Notes under the pieces: model-generated
What the model saw: only the letters and a program-made list of their open reading frames with translations
Database searches by the model: none
What the model was told of the DNA's origin: nothing
Translations under genes and position numbers: made by a program
Part shown: one piece after another, positions 15,523-15,722 of the stretch
Numbering within the stretch: the first letter of the stretch is position 1
Layout: every line of letters begins with the position of its first letter
Assembly: GCA_038891095.1 (NCBI GenBank)
Contig: JAWAEV010000012.1
Coordinates: forward strand, 1-15,722
Direction: 5' to 3'
Origin: Candidatus Altiarchaeota archaeon
Lineage (GTDB): Archaea > Altiarchaeota > Altiarchaeia > IMC4 > QMZM01
Length of the DNA: 15,722 bases

Positions 15523-15722
15523 CTACTCGACCACACCCCAACAATCTCCTCTGCTGCTATGGCTTATCAAGGATTGCGGATTTGTGTAGTTTATCCCTAT
15601 ATGTGCTCGATAATACTCTCCAAGTTCATACTGCGAAGATAATTGAGAACAAGTAATCTGATAGGTATACCTCTCTCCAGGGCGCAGTTGGAATTTTGTT
15701 GTATCTGCGCTGCAAAGAGCAT
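15523..15722 (-). CDS. 3' part of the junction-spanning pilin gene
   Basis: Minus strand reads ...ALCSADTTKFQLRPGERYTYQITCSQLSSQYELGEYYRAHIGINYTNPQSLISHSSRGDCWGVVE* (TAG at 15525-15523), in the same frame as the 398->1 part. Confidence 0.85.
   Translation of the reverse strand, partial: ALCSADTTKFQLRPGERYTYQITCSQLSSQYELGEYYRAHIGINYTNPQSLISHSSRGDCWGVVE
15596..15722. repeat. Terminal direct repeat, right copy (127 bp)
   Basis: Identical to 1-127. Confidence 0.98.

Noticed and set aside
14678-15536. Minus-strand ORFs 14678..15157 and 15351..15536
   Set aside because: Antisense to the 939-aa ORF, with no recognisable motifs.

Overview
Low-GC archaeal sequence, probably DPANN-type (inferred from Taw3/TYW3, archaeal RtcB, a JAMM peptidase and pilins with a QxxMEYLxTYGWAIL N-terminus). 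The first 127 nt (1-127) are identical to the last 127 nt (15596-15722). A pilin gene missing from the ORF track reads in frame across that junction (minus strand, 398->1, then 15595->15523; 156 aa), so the window closes into a seamless 15,595-bp loop. The loop carries chromosomal-type genes (JAMM, nfeD, stomatin/SPFH, a dUTPase-like gene, two vWA/BatA membrane proteins, a YdjM-like hydrolase, a wHTH regulator, taw3, rtcB) and no recognisable Rep, integrase, transposase or capsid. It also encodes a second pilin-like paralogue and a 939-aa secreted protein with mosaic Ser/Thr repeats followed by a possible ADP-ribosyltransferase/Tpt1-like domain. A near-identical 19-bp palindrome sits at both ends of the wHTH gene. 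The sequence alone cannot distinguish a real circle, a tandem duplication or a k=127 assembly-graph loop.
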